Assembly (NCBI GenBank): GCA_902776365.1
Contig: CACYPU010000002.1
Location: 131,180 to 195,179, forward strand
Direction of reading: 5' to 3'
Length of the DNA stretch: 64,000 nucleotides
Source of the DNA: an uncultured Bacteroidota bacterium
Lineage (GTDB): Bacteria > Bacteroidota > Bacteroidia > Bacteroidales > P3
The position numbers were made by a program, and so were the translations under genes. Each line of letters opens with the position of its first letter. Positions within the stretch are counted from its first letter, which is position 1. Positions 37,100 to 45,192 of this stretch are shown here, piece by piece. A model generated the notes under the pieces. That model searched no databases. It worked only from the letters and a program-made list of their open reading frames with translations, and was not told where the DNA came from.

Positions 37100-39123
37100 T
37101 CATCGAGTTTCATTTCGGATGTGATGGTGTAGCCTGTTTTTTCGCCGTCGGAGACGGGTTGGCCAGTGAGGATGGTGAACTGGCTTTCGCTGACTCCTTG
37201 CTCGACGAGGTAGCGGCGTACGATGCCGTTGCGGAATTCGTATCCGCGGGCCACGGTGTCGTTGGCGGGGGCGGGCATGTGCTGTTCGAGGGTGAAGTGG
37301 ACGAGGGAGTCGGACTTGGCGATGGTGGCGAGGTCGCCGAGGATATGGTAGTGCTCGGAGGTGAGTCCGCGCTGGCCGGGTTCGATTTCGATGAATTCGA
37401 GGTTGTCGTTGCCGAATCCGAAGACGTTACCCAGTGCGCGGACGGGCGAGGTGGCCACTTTGACGAGCAGGTTGCCGAGGGTCTTCCATACGATTTTCAT
37501 GTAGCTGAACTCGGGGCTGTCGATGTTTCCCGCGACGGGGATATCGAAGAGAATCTTGTCGTCCTTGTCTTTGAGGATGTAGAGGGCGGTTTTGAGAGGC
37601 AGCTTCTGCTGAGGCTCGATGTCGCTGCGACGGCTGCCGACCTTGGCTTTGTAGATGTCGATTTTGTTTTTGCCGTTGAGGCTGCTGTTCTTGATGGTGT
37701 TGTGCGAGGTGAGGCCGAAGATGCCATCCTCGATGGGTTGGCCGGTGTAGTAGACCGACCATGGTGAGAACTGCCTCATGTCGAGACCTTTGATGGAGAT
37801 GAAGATGTCCTGATGCTGTTTCCAATGGTCGATGTCGCCGGTCCATTTCACCATCAGATGGCCTCCGCCGGGCAGGGTGGCGCGGAGTTTGGCGTTGTTG
37901 CTGCCGCTGAGGGTGAGGTCGGAGGCTTCGATATTGAGGTCGGTGATGGGGAAGGTGAAGAGGTCGGGGAGGGTGTGGTCGTTGTAGGTGAGGTTGCCGT
38001 TGGTGACGGCGAACTCGTGGACGGTCAAGTTGAGGGGACTTCCGGTGGTGTTGGTGTTGGTGTCTTCGGGTTCTTCGGGTTCTTCGGAATTGACGGGTTC
38101 TTCGGAATTGACGGGCTCTTCGGAATTGCCAGATGTTTTTATCAGGCCGTCGATGGTGCTGTGGTCGGCCCATTGGTCGTAGCGGGCGGTGAGGCCCTCG
38201 AGGCGTAGGCTCTGGATGTCGTAGTTGTTGGCGTCGAGGTTGATGTTGTTGACGGCGATGTCGAGCCGTTGCCATCCAGCCACCTGGCCGTTGTTGTCCT
38301 GCAGGTCGACTTCCGACACCGTCACGGTGCCGCCGATGCGGCTCTTGGTGATTTCGCTGACGTTGCCAGAGGCTTTGAGGTGAAGGTCGAGTTTGCCGCT
38401 GAGTTTCTGGTAGTTGAGGATGTCGGAGAGGATGGGCGCCAGGTTGTCGAATTTGAATTTCTCGAGTTTGACGGCGAGGTCGTAGGTGCCCTGTTGTTCG
38501 TGGTAGCTGCCGGCGATATTCAGGTGACCGCCTTTGGCGAAGGCGATATTGAGGCCACCCTCGCTGGCTTGGTCTCCGCCCAATTCCAGATTGGGAACCA
38601 GGAGGTTGATGTCGGGCAGGTGCCACTGTTTGTTTTCGCCGACGTCGTTGTAGTGGATTTGGGCGTGGCTGAGGCGTATGTTGTGGAGTTTGATGAGCCA
38701 GTCGCTCGGGGTGGTGTCCTGCACCTCCTCGGTGGTGTCGGAGGCGAAATGGTCGAGCATGGTTTGGAAGTTAAAGTCCTCGCCACGCTTGACGATGTTG
38801 ACATTGAGTCCCGAGAGGGTGATGTGCTCGAGTTCGACGGTATGGCTGAGGAGTTTGAAGAGGCTGGCTTTGGTGTCGAGGGTGTCGAAGCGGGCGAAAA
38901 CATCTTTCCCGTTGTCTTCGTAGAGGGTGAGGCCGAGGATGGCAACATGGCCGTTGTAGACGTTGATGGTGACGTCGTCGACATGCACCTCGCGGCCTAC
39001 CAGCTCCTTGCCGTGACTGTTGATGTAGCTTTTGGCGATGGGTGACAATAGCAGTGTGGCCAGGATGATGAGTGCCAGCAGGATGCCTATTGTCCACAGG
39101 ACTATTTTCCAAACACGTTTCAT
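37093..39123 (-). CDS. membrane-anchored AsmA/DUF748-like protein
   Basis: 676 aa with an N-terminal TM (IVLWTIGILLALIILATLLL) and a long beta-rich body. The DUF748 assignment is from memory of Bacteroides homologs. Confidence 0.65.
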   Translation of the reverse strand: MKRVWKIVLWTIGILLALIILATLLLSPIAKSYINSHGKELVGREVHVDDVTINVYNGHVAILGLTLYEDNGKDVFARFDTLDTKASLFKLLSHTVELEHITLSGLNVNIVKRGEDFNFQTMLDHFASDTTEEVQDTTPSDWLIKLHNIRLSHAQIHYNDVGENKQWHLPDINLLVPNLELGGDQASEGGLNIAFAKGGHLNIAGSYHEQQGTYDLAVKLEKFKFDNLAPILSDILNYQKLSGKLDLHLKASGNVSEITKSRIGGTVTVSEVDLQDNNGQVAGWQRLDIAVNNINLDANNYDIQSLRLEGLTARYDQWADHSTIDGLIKTSGNSEEPVNSEEPVNSEEPEEPEDTNTNTTGSPLNLTVHEFAVTNGNLTYNDHTLPDLFTFPITDLNIEASDLTLSGSNNAKLRATLPGGGHLMVKWTGDIDHWKQHQDIFISIKGLDMRQFSPWSVYYTGQPIEDGIFGLTSHNTIKNSSLNGKNKIDIYKAKVGSRRSDIEPQQKLPLKTALYILKDKDDKILFDIPVAGNIDSPEFSYMKIVWKTLGNLLVKVATSPVRALGNVFGFGNDNLEFIEIEPGQRGLTSEHYHILGDLATIAKSDSLVHFTLEQHMPAPANDTVARGYEFRNGIVRRYLVEQGVSESQFTILTGQPVSDGEKTGYTITSEMKLDEE
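38064..38130 (-). repeat. 9/18-nt coding tandem repeat (SEEPVN)
   Basis: TCTTCGGGT x2 then TCTTCGGAATTGACGGGT x2.5. The protein reads SEEPVNSEEPVNSEEPEEPE. Confidence 0.85.
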
Positions 39124-39257
39124 ATATATTATTATATATGACAGACAACGACAAGGTGTTGTCTTTATTGTGTTGTTTTTGGCCTTTTTTTGAAAAAGTT
39201 TCGCCTTGTCACAATATTTTTTTCATGGTGGCGTTAAAGAGAAAAATGAAATAAACG

Positions 39258-39677
39258 ATGAAAAAGATAAGTACGAGAGTCTTTATACTTTTGACTGCCG
39301 CGATTATGGCGGTTGGATGCAGCAAGCCAGAGGAGCCCGCGGTTCCGGAGGTTAAATTGGTCGGTGTATGGAAAGCCCCGTTTGAGACGTGTGAGGGGAT
39401 GATGGAGGATTTTGCCGGCAAGAAGCTGACAATTAATGCGGACCACACGGGTTCCTTCCATTACCTCTCGTTTGCCAACTGGAAAATCGAGGGCGACCAG
39501 CTGACGTTCAGCAATTACTTCGAGCAAGATGCGAGACGTCACCTTGAGTTGCTGCGCTATACCATCAGCAATTATGCCGATACGGCCATGCTTCTCACGG
39601 GTAAATATATGTATATCGTGGGAGACAGCGTCTATCAGGAGGCTGACATGAGTGGGCTGTTTAGTAGGGAGAGGTAG
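39258..39677 (+). CDS. lipocalin-like small lipoprotein
   Basis: Lipobox MAVGCS followed by LVGVWKAPFE. Confidence 0.7.
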   Translation: MKKISTRVFILLTAAIMAVGCSKPEEPAVPEVKLVGVWKAPFETCEGMMEDFAGKKLTINADHTGSFHYLSFANWKIEGDQLTFSNYFEQDARRHLELLRYTISNYADTAMLLTGKYMYIVGDSVYQEADMSGLFSRER

Positions 39678-39694
39678 TAGTCGGCGAAGTTTCT

Positions 39695-40306
39695 TTATTC
39701 GTAGAAGTGCATCTCTGTGAGGTACTTGTACACCGGTTCGGTGAGCAGGTAGCGTACGTCTTTATGTGCCGCGATTTGCTGTCGGATGTAGCTGGAGGAG
39801 ATGTCCATCATGGGCACGTCGACCATTGTCACGCTGGGGTGTGAGGCGAGTTCGCAATGCTCGGAGCCGGGACGGGGATAGACGAGGAGGCGGTAGTGGT
39901 CGAGGATATACTGGTAGTTGCGCCATTTCTTGAATGTGTAGAGGTTGTCGCTTCCCATGACGAGGCAGAACTTCCGGTCGGGGTATTTTTCCTGTAGTGC
40001 GGCGAGGGTGACCACCGTGTAGCTGGGGATGGGGAGGTGCATCTCGATGTCGCAGACTTTCAGACGGTAGTTGTCGTCGATGGCCCGCTGCACCATCTGC
40101 AGGCGGTGGTGGTCGGCGAGGAGGGAGGCGCGTTCTTTCAGCGGGTTCTGTGGCGAGACGACAAGCCACACCTCATCAACGCCCTCCAGCTGGAGTATGG
40201 TATTGGCGATGATGAGGTGCCCGACATGAATGGGATTGAAGGAGCCAAAAAAAAGAGCGGTGCTCTTTTTTTTAGTGGGTAGTGGGTAGTGGGTAGTGGG
40301 TAGCAT
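39695..40306 (-). CDS. nadD: nicotinate-nucleotide adenylyltransferase
   Basis: FFGSFNPIHVGH (HxGH) and ISSSYIR motifs. The ATG at 40306 gives an N-terminal [15 protein letters not shown] that is encoded by the heptamer array. Confidence 0.85.
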   Translation of the reverse strand: MLPTTHYPLPTKKKSTALFFGSFNPIHVGHLIIANTILQLEGVDEVWLVVSPQNPLKERASLLADHHRLQMVQRAIDDNYRLKVCDIEMHLPIPSYTVVTLAALQEKYPDRKFCLVMGSDNLYTFKKWRNYQYILDHYRLLVYPRPGSEHCELASHPSVTMVDVPMMDISSSYIRQQIAAHKDVRYLLTEPVYKYLTEMHFYE

Positions 40307-40404
40307 ACTACAACTATTTCTCTGAAGGTAGGGTGTTGGCAAGGGAGGATGTGTAGGTAGTATGCCCCATATGCTACACACTACCCACTATCCACTACCC
40401 ACTA
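40273..40404. mobile_element. MITE-like unit: two 35-nt TAGTGGG-array arms in inverted orientation around a 62-nt spacer
   Basis: Left arm is TAGTGGG x4 + TAGCATA (40273..40307). The right arm (40370..40404) is its reverse complement with 2 mismatches. Confidence 0.6.
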
Positions 40405-40998
40405 ATAATATTTATACGCTGTCTCGACTTTGATGTGGCGGAGTTTTGTGCCTTTGAAGGTGTAGATTTCGGCTACTTCGCCGGCGCCGGAGATGATTTT
40501 CAGCACCTGCACGTCGGCGGTGTATGACTTGGGATATTGTTTGAAGAAGACCTTGAAGACATCATCTTTCGACATGCCCACATGCAGTCCGTTGGCCAGC
40601 ACCACTTCGGGGTCGTTGATGCGTCCTCCGAGGAGCTCCACCTTGCGTGTCCAGATGGAATAGAAGAGGTCGAGGTAGCTGTCGTCGAGGCGTTTGATGC
40701 GGTTGACGCTCACTTCCATGGAGTCGAAGTAGCGGCGATAGTCGCTCTCGCGGTACCAATGCAACTTATTGTCGGTCATGAAGTATTCGATGGAATCCCA
40801 TTGGCCGAAGGGGTAGATGACTTGGCTCGACAGCGAGTAGACGGTCATGGTGTCGGCATATACCTTGATATCTTTAATCTGGTATTCAGGGCGGCTGAAA
40901 CTCATCATGCGCATGGCTTTGGCGCGTGATGCCACTTGCTGTGAGAAAGCCATGGAACTGCATAGCACCAAGGCTGCTAAGGTCAGTATTCGTTTCAT
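40402..40998 (-). CDS. hypothetical exported protein
   Basis: 198 aa with a signal peptide (MKRILTLAALVLCSSMAFSQ). Confidence 0.6.
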   Translation of the reverse strand: MKRILTLAALVLCSSMAFSQQVASRAKAMRMMSFSRPEYQIKDIKVYADTMTVYSLSSQVIYPFGQWDSIEYFMTDNKLHWYRESDYRRYFDSMEVSVNRIKRLDDSYLDLFYSIWTRKVELLGGRINDPEVVLANGLHVGMSKDDVFKVFFKQYPKSYTADVQVLKIISGAGEVAEIYTFKGTKLRHIKVETAYKYY

Positions 40999-41025
40999 TT
41001 TTACAGAATAAATTTATAATGTAAC

Positions 41026-41054
41026 GCGGGATGCAATTATTTATTGCATCCCGC
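41026..41054 (-). terminator. 12-bp perfect hairpin
   Basis: GCGGGATGCAAT/ATTGCATCCCGC between two minus-strand genes. The T run is better on the plus strand. Confidence 0.4.
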
Positions 41055-41102
41055 ATCACTTTTTTTGTATTTATTCTATATCGGATATAGAATTGTGGCA
41101 AT

Positions 41103-42998
41103 TTACTTCGTCACGCTGAGGCGCTGGGTGGCAGTGCCGAGGTCAGTGGTGACGGTGATGAAGTAGATGCCGGCGGAGAGGCTGCTGACGTTGAGCTCAA
41201 GGATGTCGGCGTTGACATTCTCGCTGCCCATGACTTTGCGACCCAGGGCGTCGACCATCTCATAGCTGCGGATGGTGCTCTCGGTGGTGACGTAAGCCAT
41301 CTCGGTGGTGGGGTTAGGATAGGTGACGACCTTCATGCTGGCCTGCACATCGCCGATACCGGCGGTGGGGTCGGTGCCTTCGAGGAGGTAACCGGTCTTG
41401 GTGGCGTTGGCAATACGGCAGTTGTTGACATTGCTGGTGTAGTTGTTGACGAAAGCGGCTGCCCAGCAGTTGTTGGCTTTGAAATTGGTGGGCAGAGTGT
41501 AGGTGAAGGTCTTGCTGAAGGTGCTGCCAGCGGTGGTGCTGGTGATGGCAGTAGCATCGCCCCAAACATCGGTGACGCAGGCGCGGATAACGTGGTTGTG
41601 CTCATACTGGCCGCTGGCGCCGGACTGAGTGCCCATGATGTGATCCTGCATGATGTAAACGGTGATACGAGGGCTGTCGAAGGTCATATCGCTAATGAAG
41701 GAGCCATTGACGGTGAGGCTCAGCTGGCGGGACTGTGCGTCATAGTTCACATCGCTGATGTTCACGCTCACATAGGCGGGGGTGGAAATGGCATTACTGA
41801 TGACTTGGGCTACATCTTCGCCGGGGAAGAAGACAGGACCTGGGTCGTTGTCGGTGACGAAAGCCTGGTTACGATCAAGCATGATAGCGGGAGCGTAGGT
41901 ACTGCCACCGTCATTGTAGAAACGCAGCATCTGGTTGGATTCGGTGATGGTCATGTCGTCGGTGTAGTATCCCACATGGTGGGCAATCCAAACCACGCGG
42001 TCTTCCTGGCCGTTGACAGCAGCCTCGAGGCGATCGTGGGCGGGAGGACAGTTGGGACAGCGGGCGGTGGTGAAGTGCTCGAGCACGGTGTTGCGCAAGG
42101 CGGTGGTAGAGGGATCGTAGACGTTGGTCTCGCAGCTGGTGCTGTTGTCGGTTGCATCGGGGTCGGTGTCGTTGTTGGGGTTGCTCACGGTGAGGTTGAT
42201 AAGGGCAACGCCGAGGTCAAGCACCTGGACGGGGACGGTGCAGGTGTGGGTAGTGAAGGGGGCTACGTCGATGCCAGCCACACTGAGGGTCTGCTCGTCG
42301 CCACCGTTGACGGTATAGGCAATGTCGAAAGCGGCCAGAGGAGCGGAACCTTCGTTGCGCACGGTGAGAGACACGTTGCAGAGGCCACCCTGAGAAGTAT
42401 AGGCGGGAGCAGCGGCGCTAACGGCAGAAATGCCGTTGGCAGGAATCACTTTCACTTCGACATCGTCGACAAAGGTGTAGTAACCGTCGCCATAATTGAC
42501 GAAGGCAATGTAGATGTTCTGACCGGCATAGCTGTCGAGGTTAACCATCACGGGGTTCCAGCCATTGCTGTAGGTGGTGCCATCCATGACGACATCCAGC
42601 ACCTGGGTGAAATCGGTTTTGTTGGTGCCAGTGGTGGAAACCATGATGCGTATTTTCTCGGGGTAGGAGGTGGTGTAACCCCAAAGGTTGGCGGTCAAGC
42701 TATAGCCAGAAGAGGGAACGGTGATGGCGGGGGTGATGAGCCAACGGTCGCAGTCGTTGCCCTGGGGCTCGGTCCAGGAGATGGAGACGGCGGCATAGTT
42801 GCCATCCTGACTGACTTGGGCCACCTGCCAGCTCTGGTTGTAATCAGAGTAGTTGTCACTGTTTACCAGTTCGTCGGCAATGACAGTCCATCCAGTGGGC
42901 ATTGAACCACCCTGGAAGTCCTCCGAGAAGGCGGTCTGAGCGTGTGCGGCCATGCCGAAAGTCAGCGCGGCAGCAAGAAATAATAATGTTTTCTTCAT
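41103..42998 (-). CDS. T9SS-sorted surface protein (choice-of-anchor-J-like N-domain, CxxC thioredoxin-like region)
   Basis: The start is trimmed to MKKTLLFLAAALTFGMAAHAQ. It has FSEDFQGGSMPTGWTV and RCPNCPP motifs, and a C-terminal CTD (VVTYPNPTTE..AGIYFITVTT..QRLSVTK). Confidence 0.75.
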   Translation of the reverse strand: MKKTLLFLAAALTFGMAAHAQTAFSEDFQGGSMPTGWTVIADELVNSDNYSDYNQSWQVAQVSQDGNYAAVSISWTEPQGNDCDRWLITPAITVPSSGYSLTANLWGYTTSYPEKIRIMVSTTGTNKTDFTQVLDVVMDGTTYSNGWNPVMVNLDSYAGQNIYIAFVNYGDGYYTFVDDVEVKVIPANGISAVSAAAPAYTSQGGLCNVSLTVRNEGSAPLAAFDIAYTVNGGDEQTLSVAGIDVAPFTTHTCTVPVQVLDLGVALINLTVSNPNNDTDPDATDNSTSCETNVYDPSTTALRNTVLEHFTTARCPNCPPAHDRLEAAVNGQEDRVVWIAHHVGYYTDDMTITESNQMLRFYNDGGSTYAPAIMLDRNQAFVTDNDPGPVFFPGEDVAQVISNAISTPAYVSVNISDVNYDAQSRQLSLTVNGSFISDMTFDSPRITVYIMQDHIMGTQSGASGQYEHNHVIRACVTDVWGDATAITSTTAGSTFSKTFTYTLPTNFKANNCWAAAFVNNYTSNVNNCRIANATKTGYLLEGTDPTAGIGDVQASMKVVTYPNPTTEMAYVTTESTIRSYEMVDALGRKVMGSENVNADILELNVSSLSAGIYFITVTTDLGTATQRLSVTK

Positions 42999-43034
42999 AA
43001 TAATATGTGTTTGTTTGTTATTATTTTCAAAATG

Positions 43035-43042
43035 CAAAAATA
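43035..43042 (-). promoter_or_regulatory. -7 box TAnnTTTG
   Basis: Minus-strand TATTTTTG upstream of 42998. Confidence 0.55.
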
Positions 43043-43095
43043 CACATATTTTTTGATATGATACAATTTTTTTTCAAAAAATCTTTTTATTTTCG

Positions 43096-43103
43096 TAATT
43101 TTG
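43096..43103 (+). promoter_or_regulatory. -7 box TAnnTTTG, 4 nt from the tex ATG (leaderless?)
   Basis: TAATTTTGCAGCATG. Confidence 0.55.
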
Positions 43104-43107
43104 CAGC

Positions 43108-45192
43108 ATGAATTACGCCACTATTATTGCCAATCGGCTGAATGTCAACCAGCGTCAGGTTGAGAAAACTATAGAACTGCTAGAGCAGGGAGCCACGGTG
43201 CCCTTTATAGCGCGATACCGCAAGGAGGCCACTGGCGGTCTCAACGAGGTGCAGATTGCTGCCATCCGCGACCTTCTGCTGCGTCTCAAAGAGCTCGACA
43301 AACGTCGCGAAGCCATCCTCGCCTCCATCGAGGAACAAGGAAAGCTTACTCCCGACTTGCGTCAGCAGATTGAATCTGCAGAGACCCTCACCGACCTCGA
43401 GGACCTCTACCTGCCCTACCGTCCTAAGCGCCGCACCCGTGCTACTATCGCTATTGAAAAAGGCTATGAGCCTGTGGCAGATGCTATTATGCGTGGTCGA
43501 TGGGATGGTTGGGATGAGGAAGCATTGGCAGGGGCTCGTGATATTATTGCCGAACGCATAAGTGAGGATGCTGCCGTTCGTAACCGAGTCCGTAACGTTT
43601 TCCGTCGCAGGGCGTTCCTTACTTCTGGTTTGGCCCGTGGGGTAGACCCCGAAGACGAGAAGGTGGGCAAATTTGAGTCGTGGCTGGATTGGAAAGAGCC
43701 CATCAACCGGGCCCCCTCGCACCGCATCCTCGCCCTATTCCGCGGCGAAGAGGCCGGCGTGCTCAAAGTGCATGTGAAACCTGAGAAGGACGACGAATGT
43801 ATAGAGGCGATGACCTCCCGTATCCGTCCGCAAGGCAGCGCTGGCGAACAATACGAGCTCGCTGTCGTCGACAGTTACAAGCGCCTTGTCGGTCCTTCAA
43901 TCGAGAATGAGTTTCGCAACTTGTTGAAAGAAAAGGCCGACCGTGAGGCCATCCGTGTCTTCGCCGAAAACCTCCGCCAGCTCCTCCTGGCCGCCCCCAT
44001 GGGACAGAAGCGCACCCTTGCCATTGACCCGGGTTTCCGTACTGGCTGCAAGGTGGTCTGTCTCGACGCCCAAGGGCAGCTGCTTCACAATGAGACTATC
44101 TATCCCTTTACCTCGGTACGCGAGGAACGTGCTGCGGTGAACAAACTCGAGGCATTGGTCGAAGCCTTCCAAATCGAAGCCATCGCCATAGGCAATGGCA
44201 CTGCCGGCCGCGAGACCGAGGAGGTGGTGCAGCGCTGTCGCTTCAACCGCAAGGTGATAGCCGTCTCTGTCAGCGAGGCTGGTGCCAGCGTCTACAGCGC
44301 CAGCGAGGTGGCCCGACGCGAATTCCCCGACTATGACGTCACTGTGCGCGGTGCTGTCAGCATCGGACGCCGCCTGATGGACCCCCTCAGCGAGTTGGTG
44401 AAGATAGACCCCAAGAGCATCGGAGTGGGTCAGTATCAGCACGATGTGGACCAGAAGATGCTTGCCGAGAGTTTGGGCGACACCGTGGAGAGTTGTGTTA
44501 ACAGTGTGGGTGTGGAACTCAATACCGCCAGTCGCGAGTTGCTCAGCTATGTCAGTGGCATTGGACCTGCGTTGGCCGACAAGATTGTGGCACATCGCAA
44601 CAAGAATGGTGCTTTTGTATCGCGTGAGGCATTGCACGACGTGAAAGGCCTCGGCGACAAAGCTTTTGAGCAGTGTGCCGGTTTTCTGCGTGTGCGCGAG
44701 TCAAGCAATCCCCTCGACCGCAGTGCCGTCCACCCCGAGCGCTATGCGCTGGTGGAAAAGATGGCGCAATCGGTGGGTTGCGATGTGGAGACGTTGATGA
44801 AAGACAAGGAGTTGCGTTCAAAGATTGTGCTCGCCGATTTTGTTACTTCCGACTGCGGCATGCCCACCCTCCAAGATATCATGAAGGAACTGGAGAAGCC
44901 GGGCCTCGACCCCCGTGCCAAGTTTGAGGTGTTCGAGTTCGACAAAAATGTCACCCGTATTGAGGATGTGAAAGAGGGAATGGTACTTCCTGGCATCGTT
45001 ACCAACATCACCGCCTTCGGCGCCTTTGTCGATATTGGAGTGCATCAGGACGGACTTGTCCATGTCAGCCAGATGGCTGATCGCAGGGTTAACGACCCCA
45101 ACGAAGTGGTCCACCTCCATCAGCACTTGAAAGTCAAGGTGCTGGAGGTGGACCTTCGTCGTCATCGCATCAGTCTTACTCTAAAACTATAA
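43108..45192 (+). CDS. tex: transcription accessory protein Tex (S1 RNA-binding)
   Basis: 694 aa with the N-terminal Tex motif VPFIARYRKE, YqgF/HhH regions and a C-terminal S1 domain (GIVTNITAFGAFVDIG). Confidence 0.95.
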   Translation: MNYATIIANRLNVNQRQVEKTIELLEQGATVPFIARYRKEATGGLNEVQIAAIRDLLLRLKELDKRREAILASIEEQGKLTPDLRQQIESAETLTDLEDLYLPYRPKRRTRATIAIEKGYEPVADAIMRGRWDGWDEEALAGARDIIAERISEDAAVRNRVRNVFRRRAFLTSGLARGVDPEDEKVGKFESWLDWKEPINRAPSHRILALFRGEEAGVLKVHVKPEKDDECIEAMTSRIRPQGSAGEQYELAVVDSYKRLVGPSIENEFRNLLKEKADREAIRVFAENLRQLLLAAPMGQKRTLAIDPGFRTGCKVVCLDAQGQLLHNETIYPFTSVREERAAVNKLEALVEAFQIEAIAIGNGTAGRETEEVVQRCRFNRKVIAVSVSEAGASVYSASEVARREFPDYDVTVRGAVSIGRRLMDPLSELVKIDPKSIGVGQYQHDVDQKMLAESLGDTVESCVNSVGVELNTASRELLSYVSGIGPALADKIVAHRNKNGAFVSREALHDVKGLGDKAFEQCAGFLRVRESSNPLDRSAVHPERYALVEKMAQSVGCDVETLMKDKELRSKIVLADFVTSDCGMPTLQDIMKELEKPGLDPRAKFEVFEFDKNVTRIEDVKEGMVLPGIVTNITAFGAFVDIGVHQDGLVHVSQMADRRVNDPNEVVHLHQHLKVKVLEVDLRRHRISLTLKL

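Noticed and set aside
39695-40381. Long nadD start (MCSIWGILPTHPPLPTPYLQRNSCS..) and similar 5' extensions of msrA (16637..16720), fba (48054..48107), hsdM (63204..63299), 8720..9202, 28282..29370, 34343..35122, 41103..43037 and 4331..5557
   Set aside because: The extensions run through promoters, heptamer arrays or inverted repeats. Internal ATGs give canonical N-termini or signal peptides.
41592-42905. 437-aa plus-strand ORF antisense to the T9SS cargo gene. Analogous ORFs are 14706..15791, 37427..38626, 38269..39045, 35877..36581, 45263..46459, 47094..48062, 49984..50856, 52168..53214 and 62241..63182
   Set aside because: Each is nested in the opposite strand of a gene with clear family motifs. 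Their products are Gly/Val/Asp/His- or Arg/Pro-rich with no domains. They are artefacts of codon bias.
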